In this document: positions 24,560 through 37,711 of the stretch, in pieces
Numbering within the stretch: the first letter of the stretch is position 1
Layout: every line of letters starts with the position of its first letter
DNA from: Azolla caroliniana
Lineage: Eukaryota > Plantae > Polypodiophyta
Assembly: GCA_043228905.1 (NCBI GenBank)
Contig: JBHGNT010000005.1
Coordinates: 24,614,001-24,678,000 of the forward strand
Direction of reading: 5' to 3'
DNA: 64,000 bases
The notes under the pieces: model-generated
The model's database searches: none
The model's input: only the letters and a program-made list of their open reading frames with translations
What the model was told of the DNA's origin: nothing
Made by a program: the position numbers and the translations under genes

Positions 24560-26538
24560 GGCAAGCGATCTTCAATGTATAAAGGCGAAATTCTCAAATG
24601 GATGGGAAAGGAAGCACATGCATGGATAAGAGATGTTTAATCATGCATTGCAACATGGTATGCCATATGATTAGACTACAAATTGGATCAAAACTTTACA
24701 TAAAGGTGGAGATGTAAATAACATAAACAACTATTGAACCATCATGGTTGACTCGCTAATGGCAAAACTATTTGGATGTATAATGGAATCCAAGATGAGT
24801 GCATGGGTTGAAAAAAATGGTAAGAGAGCTTATGGACGAGCTAGCTTCGAAAACACCATAGCACCATCGATCACCTTGTCACCCTTCGGGTATTAATAGA
24901 GGAAAGTGCCTTGGAGGTAAAGATTTATATTGTTGCTTCATAGACTTTAAGAAAGCTTTTGATATAGTACCTTGTGCGCATCTTTGGAGGCGAATGAAAG
25001 AACTCAAGGTGCCAAGTGAATATATGCTTGCAATCTCCTAAATATATGAGAAGGTTAATAGTTGTGTGCATATGAGTGATAAACTTTCAGATTTTTTCAA
25101 TAGCACGATTGGTGTTAAGCAAGGATGTCCACACTCACCAACTCTATTTGGTCTATGCATTGATGAAATGGAAGAAATGGTTGCCAAGTTCGTAAAGGAA
25201 GAAGGTGTTGAAGAAGTTGCAATTGGGAATGTTGTCATTATGCTTTTGTTATAGGCGGATGATGTAGTGCTTTTTGCAAATACTTTAGGAGATGCGCAAA
25301 AGCTTATGAAGGCATTGGAAAAAATTTGCATGCATATGACATTAAGCGTTAATAGCTCTAAAACAAAGATTATGTTTGTGAAGAGCCAAAAAAGATATAA
25401 GCCATGCATTATGTATAATAATGAGCCACTTGAATGTGTGGAAAGCTTCAAATATCTCGGCCTTGAAGTTCCTTCAAATCATAGATTGAATGAATGTGTG
25501 ACACGTCGCTTAGAGGCGAGAAAGCGAGCATATTATGCATTTGAGAACGCATGCAATCGTTGCGATATTAAGTGTTGGGTTCTCAAGAAATACCTTTTCA
25601 ACACTTTGGTGACACTGGTGCTTCTCTATGGGGTGGTAGCATCCCTAAATCTACTTGGAAATAGTTTGAAAATGTCCAAAAACATTTTCTTACAAAGTAT
25701 CTACAAGTTAAAAAACAAATGTCATACATCCTCCTCCTCCTTGAGACAAGATCACCCCCCATTGAGATCTTGGCCATGGAAGGTGAATACATGCTTAAGG
25801 TTCAAAAAAGTCCCTCACATCAACTTCCTAGAATCGCATGGGAAGCAAGCAAAAAAATCCAAACGACACATAAAAGCAATTTTTTGTGTTCCAGTTGGAT
25901 GCAAGATATGAAAAAGCGGTTCGATAGATGGGATGCAACACATTTGCTTCATGATACATCACTAGATTCCTTTGTAAATGAGGCCTTTTTGCAATGACAA
26001 TGTATCATGACATGGGGGAAATGTGGAGGCTCACGCTTCACACATTATCCTACACATGTTGCACCTAACTACAAAACCATATTCTTCACGAAACAGGGAA
26101 ACCGTACACATCAATACATGTTAGAGCCCATTCTATTGGCTTCCATTCGAAGCATTGCTTCCATGTGACTTAGCTCACATGCATTGCGATGTGAGACGGG
26201 GCGTTGGGGCACAAGTGATGAGAGTGGTCGACAATGCACACTTTGCCCTAAACAAGTTTGAGAGTCTAAGTATCACACTTTGATACAATGATCTGCCTTT
26301 GATCATATTCGACTATGCTTTCCACACATCTTCAACCAAGCCCAATCCTTGCACGAATTTCTCTCACAACCACAATGTGCACTCTCAATTGCAACATTCA
26401 TTGGTAAAGTTTGTGAACATCGAGAGTCATTAATCACTTTCACACGTATGACGTGAAATGTAATTTTTTTAGTCTCATAGGTCATATTTGACCTCCGAAG
26501 ACGATAATATAATCCATCTATCTCTATCTCTCTCTCTC
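24557..26538 (+). mobile_element. Second 5'-truncated RTE/RTEX-like LINE (different subfamily)
   Basis: KQGCPHSPTLFGL, a degenerate YADD and FKYLG. The 3' end gtctcataggtcatatttgacctccgaagac is followed by a tctc tail. Confidence 0.85.
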
Positions 26539-26544
26539 ATTTCA

Positions 26545-27616
26545 AAGTTATTATACATTGGAAAATAAATGCAACCAAAATGATACTCATGGATGGGAAG
26601 TAAAACTAATGTTATTTAATGCCATGGTAACACAAGTTTTGCTTCATGGAGTAGACATGTGGGGAGGCACTATCTCTCGTAGCGCATGGAATGAGATTGA
26701 GAAGATTCAAAATATGTTTTTAAGAGACAATTGGGAGTAAAATCCACCATCTCCTATTAAGGTATGCTCTTGGAAATAGGTGTCCAACCTATAGAGATAT
26801 TGGCAATACATATAATATATATATACATTAGAAAAGTCAAGAATATGCCAAATCATAGATCACCACATCTTGCTTAGAATGTTGGATGTAAACTACAAAA
26901 GTATCACAAAGAGCAAAATTAACTCGTACAATTGGGTAGTTGACATCAAAAAAAGGTTCAAAAGATGGGATGTGGAAGGTCTCCTAGAGCTTTCAAGTGA
27001 TGTTATGAAATATGTAGTTATTGACGAAAGATTAATGATCCCACTAAGGAAGTAGTGGAAAGATGCTAAAAGGACAAATTTAGAATATTGCATTGCAAAC
27101 ATCAACCAGAATATTGGGTTCCATATAAGACACAAAGGCCTACTAATCGTATTCAACCTTACCTCATTACTAACACGAGTATTAACTCTCGTAGAGCCCT
27201 AACATTCTTTTGCACTCGATCACACAACCTAATATTGAAGTGGCATTATGGAATCAAAATCAACCAAATATAAAGACATGCAAGGTATGCAAGGGCTAGT
27301 AGAGGATGAATATCACTTGTTTTTTACATGCTTTGCATATAGTGCAATAATCAATTTGTGAAAGATACGATGATATTAAGAGGGGGTAGTGACTTGAGTA
27401 TCATCCTAAAGAGAACACCTAGAAGGTTGAGCTCATATGTATATGCCTTATTCGCACACCGAGACTTGGTGCTTCAAAGTATGAATATCCCTTCTTAGGA
27501 AGGAGACACACATCAAGATAACTTTTGTACTTAGGTCCTATGTGTCAATATTGACCTCTTTATTGACACTAAAAAATTATCTATCTATTGATCTATATAT
27601 ATATATATATATATAT
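26545..27616 (+). mobile_element. Third 5'-truncated LINE, same subfamily as 21763-24469
   Basis: Collinear with about 23440-24460 (ENKCNQNDTHGWEVKLM..., cccttcttaggaaggagacac). Ends in tcta/(TA)n. Confidence 0.85.
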
Positions 27617-29423
27617 CTTTTAGTAAATAATGACTTTCATTATGAGAGAAAAACACACCATCATGACTAACATACTACAAAGTATGTGTTAATAATTAGG
27701 TAATTAATTAGGGTTAATTTGTTTCTAATTATGTGAGTAGTTAATAAGCGGAAGATTATGTGATATGTGTGTGTATGTGTGTGAGAGGAAGAGAGAGAGG
27801 AAGTTACACTTATGAACAATATTATAAATGGGGGATGATTAACAACAGTGTAGCAAAAGACCTTTCCTCTATCAATGAGGTATAAATACAACTCGTGTGC
27901 AAGGGTGCACATGTGAGAGTAGAATATAGGTACAAGGATGTAAGTCCTATATTAAATATACTTGGTAGTGGAGGATCTAGAATGTATCCCCACTTACATA
28001 CAAGTACAAGATCCTCTTTAAGGGGTTAAGGTCAACACTTCTAACTAAATTCTAGTTATGTAACTACTAAGTTACATGGTTGACTAAATAGCTAAACCTA
28101 GTCGAGTTTGATATCTCAACATGCCCCCTCAAGCTCAAGTGTGAGGCGTCCGACATATGGTTTTGCTTTCAGAGTTATCCGACTTTCAATGTCAACTCCT
28201 GTTCGGCTTTCTGCATCGTCGGTGTCGGCATTTTCATGGCAAGTTCCATTCCTCCCGCTCAAGCCTGTGACAATGGCTTGTAGCGTTAGAGGGTCAAAAG
28301 CCGAGTGCTTCCATCCGTCGCAGGTCTGTAGAACTCTTGGGCTCTTGTTCGATCGCTACCTTCATCAAGAGGGTATAATGATGGGCCATATACTCGTTGT
28401 AGTCGAGCTGAGTGACGGGGTTATTCTCTCTAGATGAGCGTTGAAGTTTTTCGCTTGTTGATGTGAGTGTCTTCTTTACTCCGGGTGTCCGCATGATGGG
28501 TACACCAAACTCACTGTCTAGTGAGGGAGCCTACACATCCAAATCACTGTCGTCGGGATGATCGACTTCGTATTCGGGCATCTTACCTTTGCCTTTGTCC
28601 GATCGCGGACTTGGCCGCGATGTGCTTTGGTCGTGTGAAGGGTCATGTGGTTTGCTAAGCTCGGTAGAGCTTGGACGGTCCTTTGGTAAAGGACTTGGCT
28701 GAATATCATCATCGGAGTTGACATTCAACTCTTCCTTGGTCGGGTCGGATGGGGCCGAATTAGGCTTATACGAAGATGCCAATTTGTCGAAGACTACTTC
28801 TCGACTCACCCGAACCACTCGGGTCGAAGGGTTATAACACTTGTATGCCCTGGACAAGTATCCTACGAGGATACATTTCTCTAACTTCGCGTTGGGCTTC
28901 AGTCTTTTTTCGTTCGAGATGTGTACATTTGCAATGCTTCCGAACACTTTGAGGTGCGATAGGATCAACTTCCTTCCGACAAAGAGCTTGTATGGAGTTA
29001 GCTCATGTACTCCATTAGTGGTGCATCAATTCATGAGATACACGATTGTGGATGCCACTTCAACCCAATAGAAATTCAGCATGTGCTTCTCATGCATCAT
29101 GGCGTGTGCTACCTCGAGTATGTGTTGATTCTTCCTTTCGACTACTCCATTTTGGTGGGTGTGTGTCGGCATGAGAATTCTCTCTGAATGCCTTCACCTT
29201 GGAGGTAGGAGATGAATTCGTCGGAGAAGTACTCCTTTCCTCCAACCTATTGCAGGCATCGAATGTGCTGACCAGTTTCTTTTTCGACTTGGCCCTTGAG
29301 CTTTTGAAAGTGGGAGAGAACTTCGCTCTTCTTCTTCATCGGGAAGATCCATGTGTAGCAAGAGTAGTCATTGATGAAGGTGACGTAGTATCAACATCCA
29401 CCGATCATCGGCATTTGGGCCGG

Positions 29424-30195
29424 TGTCATGAAGATTTCCGGCTACGGTGAGAAAACCGGAAGGTACAAATAAATGGGGATGTGCAACATTGCACATGCAC
29501 TCGTAAATTTGTATGATGAGAATAAGATAACAAAATGTAAAGGGGAAGGGTAATAATCTAAGGTGTTAAAGGTGCACCACGAAGTCCGTAGAGGCATAAA
29601 AGTGATGTGCACTTTGTAGAGTAGAATGAGTAGTGGGCATTGAGAGTGAATGTGATAGGAGAGAGAGAGTTAAGGCCCACCGATTTAAGATCAAGGGAGA
29701 TATTCCCTATTAAAGGAAAGGGGATTTGACTCCCTCTTGTAATGTGCTCACCCTTTACTACTATAAAAGGGAGTGAGGGGTCACTTATGAGGGGGTTGCC
29801 TATTTTGAGTGAGAGAGGTATACCACTTAGGTCGAGGGGTTCTATTCGGTTTTAGGGTTTCTTCTAGGGTTTTCTTCTTGGGTTTCTTTTAGGGTTTCTA
29901 TGCTTCTTTGCTTACTTATCTGGTTAGGGTTTTCTTGTAGTCGTTTTGGGTGCAGACTATGCGGCCTTGGTTGTAAATTTTTTTTGTGAACTCTTAATAT
30001 AGCATGTTGATGTTTCTTGTCTTGTGGGTGTATCTTGCCTCCATCTATTCTATTCTATGTTTATGTGCTATTCTTCCTCTTCTCCTCTTGAACTAAGCTT
30101 CCATTTTGTGTCTTATTCCTTCTCCTCTACTCCTTAGTCCAAGACCCCCCTGGTCCCGCCTCGGATCCTACACGTACCTGCGGAATACCGCGACA
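29424..30195 (+). mobile_element. Gypsy-type solo LTR inserted in the Copia integrase
   Basis: TG...CA ends and a 4-bp TSD CCGG (29420-29423 / 30196-30199). Removal restores the integrase frame VWRPAQMPMIGG. Confidence 0.88.
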
Positions 30196-31622
30196 CCGGT
30201 CTCCATACATCTGAGTGGATGACGTCAAGGAGGCCTTTGCTTACATAGCTCTCCTTTGGAAATAGGAGTCAATGTTCTTTGCCTAGTTGACATGCTTCAC
30301 ACACTCGGTCGACTCGTTTCGACTCGAAGGCCGGAAGTCTAATGACGGCTCCCTTGGATTGCATCGCTCGAAGCCGTTGGAGGTTGATTTGACTGATTCT
30401 CGTGTGCCATAACTCGATGTTCATCTCGGTGTTGAGACCTTTGTCATACATGGCCGATTTCACCTCGTTTGAATTGAGAATGAACATTCGACCTTCTCTT
30501 CGTCCCTTAGCTATGAGGCAGCTATCTTTCTCGATAAAGTATCCTTCGTTGTTGAAATGAACTTGCATCCCTTGCTCTACGATTTGGCCGACCGAGACCA
30601 AATTCTTTGTTATTGTCAGCACGTTCAAGACATTCTTGATGCAACTGTTTTGGCCATCGTTGTCGAATGGAACGTTGTCGATGTGTCGAATGGGATGTGT
30701 GGTGTCGTCTCCCATCTCTACGTAACTAGGTCGATTTAGCATTCTTAGGTCACGAAACCACTCTTGGTGTGACGTCATATGATGTCAAGCGCCGGAGTTG
30801 ACGAACCACATGTCTTCGGAGTTGGAGGTGTTTGTGGAGTCGAAGGCCGTCATAGAGTTCGCTTTGTTGTCGTATTCAGAGATGGTGGCGTAGTTTGTGA
30901 GTTGTCGACTTGTTGAAGCCGACTCACTTCTCTTCTTCCGACACTCCTCTTCATGATGGCCAATCTTCCCACAATAGTTGCATGTAAGTGACATTGTTTG
31001 CCGATTTTGTTCGGCATTGAAGCTCCCCCTTCTTCTGAAGGTTCCTCAATGGCTTCCGTCTTGTTGTTAACGGTTTGAGTTCCCTTCGTGAGATGGGTCG
31101 AATCGACATCTTCAATACCCTTGGCCGACTAGGTATTGGTTCATCTTGTAATCCCAACATGAATAATTGCTTTAGTCTAGCTTTTCACAAGGGATCGAGC
31201 TACCCATTTGTGTGTTCATGTTGATGTGGTGTCTTCCTCCTTGGCTTCTCTTCCTTTGGTTACGTACATGTGCTACATAGCGTCACTACGGTAGCGGATA
31301 GCCGGATTTGTCATCGGCATCTCGAACACACAATCACGAAGAGTCGAGTGGGCTTAGTGGATGTGGTAATTAACTAGGGTTAATTAGTGTCTAATTATGT
31401 GAGTAGTTAATAAGAGGAAGATTATGTGATATGTGTGTGCATGTGTGTGAGAGGAAGAGAGAGAGGAAGTTACACTTATGAACAATATTATAAATGGGGG
31501 ATGATTAACAAGAGTGTAGCTAAAGACCTTTCCTCTATATTAATAAGCATCATCAACTTACAAAAATACCCACAATGAGGTATATATATACAACTCATGT
31601 GCAAAGGTGCACATGTGTGAGT

Positions 31623-32186
31623 CATAGTTCTAGCCATACGTCCCATTCGTGTTATACTCAAACGCCAATATTCGTATCATACTCATACGTGAAAAGGCTC
31701 CAAGTATGATTGAAATCCATATGCGGTACATAGATATATTATATATACATATGGTGTATATGGTGTACATAGTGTGTGTGTGTGAGGGGGAGGGAGAGAG
31801 AGAGCGTGTGTGGTCTAGAGAGAGAAGCCCTGTTTTGCATGTGTGAGGAGACAGTGATTGAGTGTATATCTAGACTCTAGAGAGAGAGAGAGAGAGGAGT
31901 TATGGGTTTTGTCTGTGTGAGGGAGTATGTAATATGTATATTAGATATCTAGATTTTGTAGAGAGAGAAAATCAGTCAGTTCTCGTGTGAGAGAGAGTGT
32001 GTGTGTGTGTGTATGTGTGTCAGATGTCACTTCTATTCACAAAATATTATGAATATCAAAAATTAAAAAAACCAAAAAAAAGTCAAAAAAAAAGAAGCCA
32101 AACGAATATCGTGTATCATACGCGTACGTTTGCAAACGTTCGCGTACGTCCAGTAAATTGGACGTACGCGAATATTAGGAACTATG
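31623..32186. mobile_element. hAT-type MITE in the Copia LTR
   Basis: TIRs CATAGTTC/GAACTATG and an 8-bp TSD GTGTGAGT. It is absent from the partner LTR. Confidence 0.9.
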
Positions 32187-34470
32187 GTGTGAGTAGAATA
32201 TAGGTACAAGGATGAAAGTCTTAGATTAAATATACTTTGTAGTGGAGGATCTAGAATGTATCCCCACTTACGTACAAGTCTAAGATCCTATTTAAGGGTT
32301 TAAGGTCAACACTTCTAACTAGATTCTAGTTATGTAACTACTAAGTTACATGGTTGACTAAATAGCTAAACCTAGTTGAGCTTGATATCTCAACAGTATG
32401 GAACCTTTCTAGGGAACTAAATTCTACTATGACTACAAACTCAATGCCACCTTACACACCAATTCAAATGGTGAATATGATGATGTGACCTTGCAGAGTT
32501 CTCTCTCTTCATAGTTGAGATTTCATGATTTCTCTAGCACTATCAATTGCCATAAAAGAAGTCATTTTAACTTTACAACATAATTTCTCACCCTAACTTG
32601 CGACATCAAAACCCAATGAATAACCCAAATGTCGATAAATTGATCCTCGTGTAATCACTGACCCTCGCCATCCCAAACATTCCAAATCACTCTCCGTACA
32701 AAAAATAAGGCGAGACTTCCTCCAATTTATATACAACCTTGAAGCCAAAGTAAATTGATCCCAAATTTGCATACTCCTTTCAAGATTTTCTTTTGAGGCT
32801 TGTAAAAACATAAAAGAATCATCAGTCAATGCTTGTGCCACCAATTGTCCACCAGAAGGAAGAGGCAAACCCACAATATCACCACTACCTGCAAGATTTG
32901 ACAACATTACTAACAAAGGATGTGCAACAATAGCAAATAACGATGGGCTTAGTGGACATCCTTATCGCACGGATCTAGTAAGAAACACTTTCGGAGTAAC
33001 TCCATCATTAAGCATCACACACGAGGTTGCATTTTGGCCTAGCAATAAGATAAGTTGACACATACGAGGATCAAACCTCATATTATACATCACACCTGAG
33101 AGGAAAGACCAATTAACATTATCATATGCTTTTTCCAAATCTAATTGCACCATAACCATTTCTTGATGTGTATGTCGAGCATAACCGGTAGCCATTTGAA
33201 CATTCAAAACATTATGCAATATATTTCTACCTGTAATAAAACCATATTGAGATGGATGAATAAGTTGAGGTAAGAACTTCTGAAGTTTGTTGGATAATAT
33301 CTTTGCAAACACTTTGTACAACCCTCCCATCAATGAAATAGGCCTCCATTGATGAAATGACTCCGGAGATGGTACCTTTGGTATCAATTTGATTAAGCCC
33401 ACCTTCCAGCTCTCAGGCATGAAACCAAAATCCCAACATTGTTGAAACATTTGTGTGAATGGACTCTAAGCATGCCAACATATTTCTTAAAAACTTCATT
33501 TGTAACACCATCCCAACCAAGGCTTTTACCATTTGGAGATGTAACAATACCTTTTCCACCTCAACTTCTTCAAAATCAACATCCAATTCTTGACAAATAT
33601 TTGTATTCACGACACTCCCAAGTACATTATAAAACTCTTGTCATGCTTTCAACACATCCTCATTAATAATCAACTTTGGCCCAATCAAATTCTTAAAATG
33701 AGTAATACATAACTCAATAACCTTGATTGGGTCTACAACAATGTCATCCCCTGTCTTAATTTGTACCACATTTGAACGAGCATATGGTGGTCTTAATCCT
33801 TGAAAAAACATATGAAATTGACATGATTGATTATCTATAAATCCCTCCTTTAATTGACATAGTCTTGTCTTTTGATAACTTTGACAAGACAAATTCTTCA
33901 CAATGTCTTGTACTTAACTTGAACATCCAAAAGCTCTTCGTGATGCTGATTATTCATCAATAGTACATTGCATCGCATAAGAATATATGAAAACTTATCA
34001 ATCAATTTCTTACGTCTTTTAGCATTAGTCATACCATACATACGATGAATATCATTGATGTTTTGTAGTGTTGTATCCCATGCATGCCATCCATTTGAAA
34101 TAACTTGATTTGAAAACATGCCAAAAAATTGTTGCATATAGGCATCAAATAAGGAATGTAATAATAAAGAAGAATTAAACCTCAAAGGAACTCGATCAAG
34201 CAATGTTTTGTATATATCTACCTCATGTTTATTAAACTCAAAACATATGGGAAAATGATATGATGTCACAACCTCTTGCATAATTGACATATTAAGCATC
34301 TCTAGCAAAAAGGACTCATCATGCATAACATACACTCTACCTAACCTACTCCATGTTTCCTTATATTATATAGATTGAAATGTAAACCCAACCTTATCTT
34401 GATGCAACAATTTCCATTATACATCCAACTTCAAAACCTCAGATGCCAATTTGTCCCAAACTGATTGCTT

Positions 34471-34999
34471 AGGACGTTCGTTTTCCGGGCGAAGTCTGGT
34501 CTGATCTTACGACCTTCTAAGCTAAGCGTTAGATTTTACTAGCCTTTGTTCGGTTTGTAAGGTCAACTTGTGCCTGTAGCTCGAGCACCAAACTTCGAAT
34601 CCGGGATAGTTCGAATCTCTCCGGGCATGGACCTATCGATGAGTCATCGAAGTCTCAAGTCAATAGTTCCAAGGGAACCGCAAACTTCATTGCGGTTCTT
34701 CCCCCGAAAGCTATAGCGCTTTCTCTACGGGGGAAGAACCGCATTCAGCTCTGGTTCCGCTGGCGGAAATAGCTTAATGGTAGAGTATAGCCTTGCCAAG
34801 GCTGGAGTTGAGGGTTCGAGTCCCTTTTTCTGCTTGCAGAATTGCGTCTTACGGTCACGCGAAATTGACTAGAGAAACAGTCTGAATTACTCCTGTGCGG
34901 TTCCTCCGGGATGAACCGGCGGGCGCGCGCGTGAAAAGTGGCGATTTGATTGATTCCCGCCCGAACCAACCACGATACAATCATGGCCATAGACAACGC
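34471..34999. other. Nuclear insertion of mitochondrial DNA (NUMT, ~530 bp) splitting the LINE endonuclease
   Basis: Abrupt GC/CpG-rich block containing a plant-mitochondrial-type trnG. LINE EN coding resumes on both sides (...FSLMD / KQSVWDKLA...). Boundaries approximate. Confidence 0.75.
34763..34834 (+). tRNA. trnG-GCC: tRNA-Gly(GCC), plant mitochondrial type (organelle-derived copy)
   Basis: GCGGAAA...TTTCTGC acceptor stem, D arm AGCTTAATGGTAGAGT, anticodon arm TAGCC-TTGCCAA-GGCTG, T arm GAGGG-TTCGAGT-CCCTT. Confidence 0.88.
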
Positions 35000-36311
35000 G
35001 AATCCATCAATGAGAATCGTGAAGTAGATTGTGAAGCATCAACACACATATTTAAATCACCCATTAACAAACCAACACAGCCCACTAATAACCATGGATA
35101 CATTGAAGACCATAACTCAATGCGTTGATTAGCATTATTGGGTGCATAGATTCCTACCAACCATATCAAATCCTCAAAATACTTGACTTCCATCACCAAA
35201 AAACGTCCATATGGATCATTATAGACTATATGTGGACAAAACAAATCACGAATAATCATGACAACCCCTAAGCAATAATGTGATAATTGTCCTACATAAT
35301 ATGCGGAATATCCACGCAAATGTAACACAGATCCTACTAAATCATGACACTTATGTTCAACTGCACATAAAACATCCCATTCTTTATCAAATAAAGTTTT
35401 CCATAATATATATTTCTTATGAGGAGAAAATGCCCCTCGCACATTCCATGATACCACTTTCATTTAACACCTTTAGCAAGAAATTGCTCTTTATGAGCAA
35501 GTGTATTCATGAATGTACTAACTACTTGTTCAAGAGTTGCATAAGGATTCGTGTGTACTACATCCCCTCCAACAATATTAGGGTTTTGTTGTCTAGTTCC
35601 ACGAGAACAAAGTCCTTGATTTAATTGAGGTTGTACGACCCTTCTTGAATAATTGAATTTTAATTGGTTGGACAATCTCTAATTTCGCACTTGTTTCTAC
35701 CAAGGATTTTTCTTAAATCCCTCATTCAATCTCAAATTATCTTTTGGTAATGCCTTACGGTTAATATTTTTTGTGTCCCTTTATATGACATCACCCTTCC
35801 CATTTATCTCATGCTTCACTTGATGCCACTCTCCATCTTCAACATCTAGGTCATCATTAATGCATACTCTATTCTCCTCCCCAACACCTCTAACATGCCA
35901 TGAACTTTAGGATCTCGCTCTAACCCATGAGATGTTCCCTCATCCATGACCATATCAACCATTGAGACAATATCATTCTCAACATCTTCCTTATTTTTCC
36001 CTCTGACATTATTTTTTGTGTATAGTTCACCATGATATTGGCATTCAACCATAAAATGCCCCAATTTACCACATTTTTAACAATGTCCTGCAAAAGTTTC
36101 CCATTGAAGCTTAAAACGAAATCGACCAAATCGAGATGTATCTATACTCAACCATCATGGAAGTTTAGAACTTGTATCCCATAACATGCAAAAACTACAT
36201 TTGTTCAACGAATTAACATGAGGAGCAACCAAAACTTTACCAATTTGAGACATCAATCCTGGTAGTAAATCCCAAAAGAATGAGTTACTGCAATCAACGG
36301 TCACCCAAATC

Positions 36312-36701
36312 CATAGTTGTTAAAAAACGTGTATTCTACGTTTAGAGTACGTTTTAGAATACTCTGAAGTATTCTACACGTATTCTACGTTTTAGAACTT
36401 CCGTTTTTAAAATTTTGACGTATTCTACGTATTCCCAAAATTTGATGTATTCTACGTATTCAATGTATTTAACAAGTATTTATCATTTCAAAAAATATTT
36501 TCTTTTTTTTGAAAAAAAAACTTTAAATTTTAAGAAGTATTTAACATATTTTACAAGTATTCTACATGTATTCTAAGTATTTAACGTACTTTATCTATAA
36601 AATAAGTATTCTAAGAATTTTTTTTAAAAAGTTAGAATACTTGTAGAATACTAGGAATACACATTGTATGCGTATTTTATGCTAAGTATTTTACAACAAT
36701 G
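36312..36701. mobile_element. hAT-type MITE in LINE ORF1
   Basis: TIRs CATAGTTG/CAACAATG, an 8-bp TSD CCCAAATC/CCCAAATT and many GTATTCTA subterminal repeats. ORF1 continues across it (CPIW|VTVD). Confidence 0.88.
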
Positions 36702-37496
36702 CCCAAATTGGACATTGTTGTTTTAAAAATCCCATCACTACAACCCATTCCATCACATGCACTAATCTTCTATAAAAAAAGATTGGTACCTTCGCCATCA
36801 AAGCCATATAGTGTTCTGACGATCGAAAAACCACATCATAAAAACCTCTTGGACCCACATAGACATCCTCAACACAATTAGGCATTATGAATGAATTCAA
36901 CCACTGCTTAATCAATGATACCAAAGGATGTTTGCTAGTGAAATATAAAATAACACCATGATCATAGAACCTGTCAAAAGTTGTTAACATAGACTTGGTC
37001 TCCATCACCACCTCTACAACATCCTCCTCCACACAATCTTTAACATCTTTCTTATTTTTTTCCATAAAATTGGAAAGCAAAGCCTTAACAAAATCACGAC
37101 GACTGTCAATATTATAATCATCTCCAATAACGTCTTTCCCACCAAGAATAGCAGCATACGATGTTTTCTCATGTTTTGTAGAATCGATACACTTTTGCCT
37201 CTTGTAATTTTCACAACCATCATTACTACCACATCCATCAACAATCATCAACTCACTTCCTGTTGTTGTGTCAGCCATCCTAACAGAGATTGAGAGAACT
37301 AACTTGAGACAATGACAATTTTCCTTGTAGCTTCTTGTAACGATAACGAAACTTAGCGTCCAAATAATCCTTGGAAAACTCTCGAAACGAGCTTCGCAAT
37401 GAGCCAAAAATCATAAAAACAGAGTTATGAGTACAAAGTTACATCAGAAACATGTTTTAACACTATTCTTGGAACGTCATCGCTTCTCTCTCTCTC

Positions 37497-37556
37497 ACAC
37501 ATGAAATGTAATATTTTTGGTGTCATAGGTCATATTTGACCTCTGAAGATGATAAT

Positions 37557-37616
<60 letters not shown>
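37497..37616 (+). mobile_element. Very short 3' fragment of the 24557-26538 LINE family with a (TC)n tail
   Basis: atgaaatgtaatatttttggtgtcataggtcatatttgacctctgaagatgataata matches about 26453-26508. TC repeats lie on both sides. Confidence 0.8.
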
Positions 37617-37618
<2 letters not shown>

Positions 37619-37711
37619 CCCCGCCTGAGAGAATGAGAGATTGGTCTTTCTTTTGTCTTGATCTCTTCCTTCTTTCTATGTACAAATAAGTGACATTTCT
37701 ATAGAAATTTT
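37617..37711 (-). repeat. Inverted copy of 43492-43586 (upstream/5' region of the host gene)
   Basis: 95-bp reverse-complement match with 2 mismatches, extended by the shared GA/TC tract. Confidence 0.93.

Larger units (their letters stand above)
27687..32395 (-). mobile_element. Degenerate Copia with nested insertions (LTRs 27687-28121 and ~31364-32395)
   Basis: TSD GTATG on both sides and PPT GAGGGGG. Contains CNYCGKIGHHEEEC, WFVNSGA, a GAG-pre-integrase region (LWH...CEAC) and integrase remnants. RT is largely deleted. Confidence 0.9.
32590..37470 (-). mobile_element. L1-clade LINE with ORF1 (DUF4283-like plus zinc knuckle) and ORF2 (EN, RT), 3'-truncated and interrupted
   Basis: MKVVSWNVRG, IYAPN, GDLN, WRPISL and QGCPLSP motifs. 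ORF1 spans 36691-37407 and ~35850-36310. Same family as 18490-21762. Confidence 0.9.
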
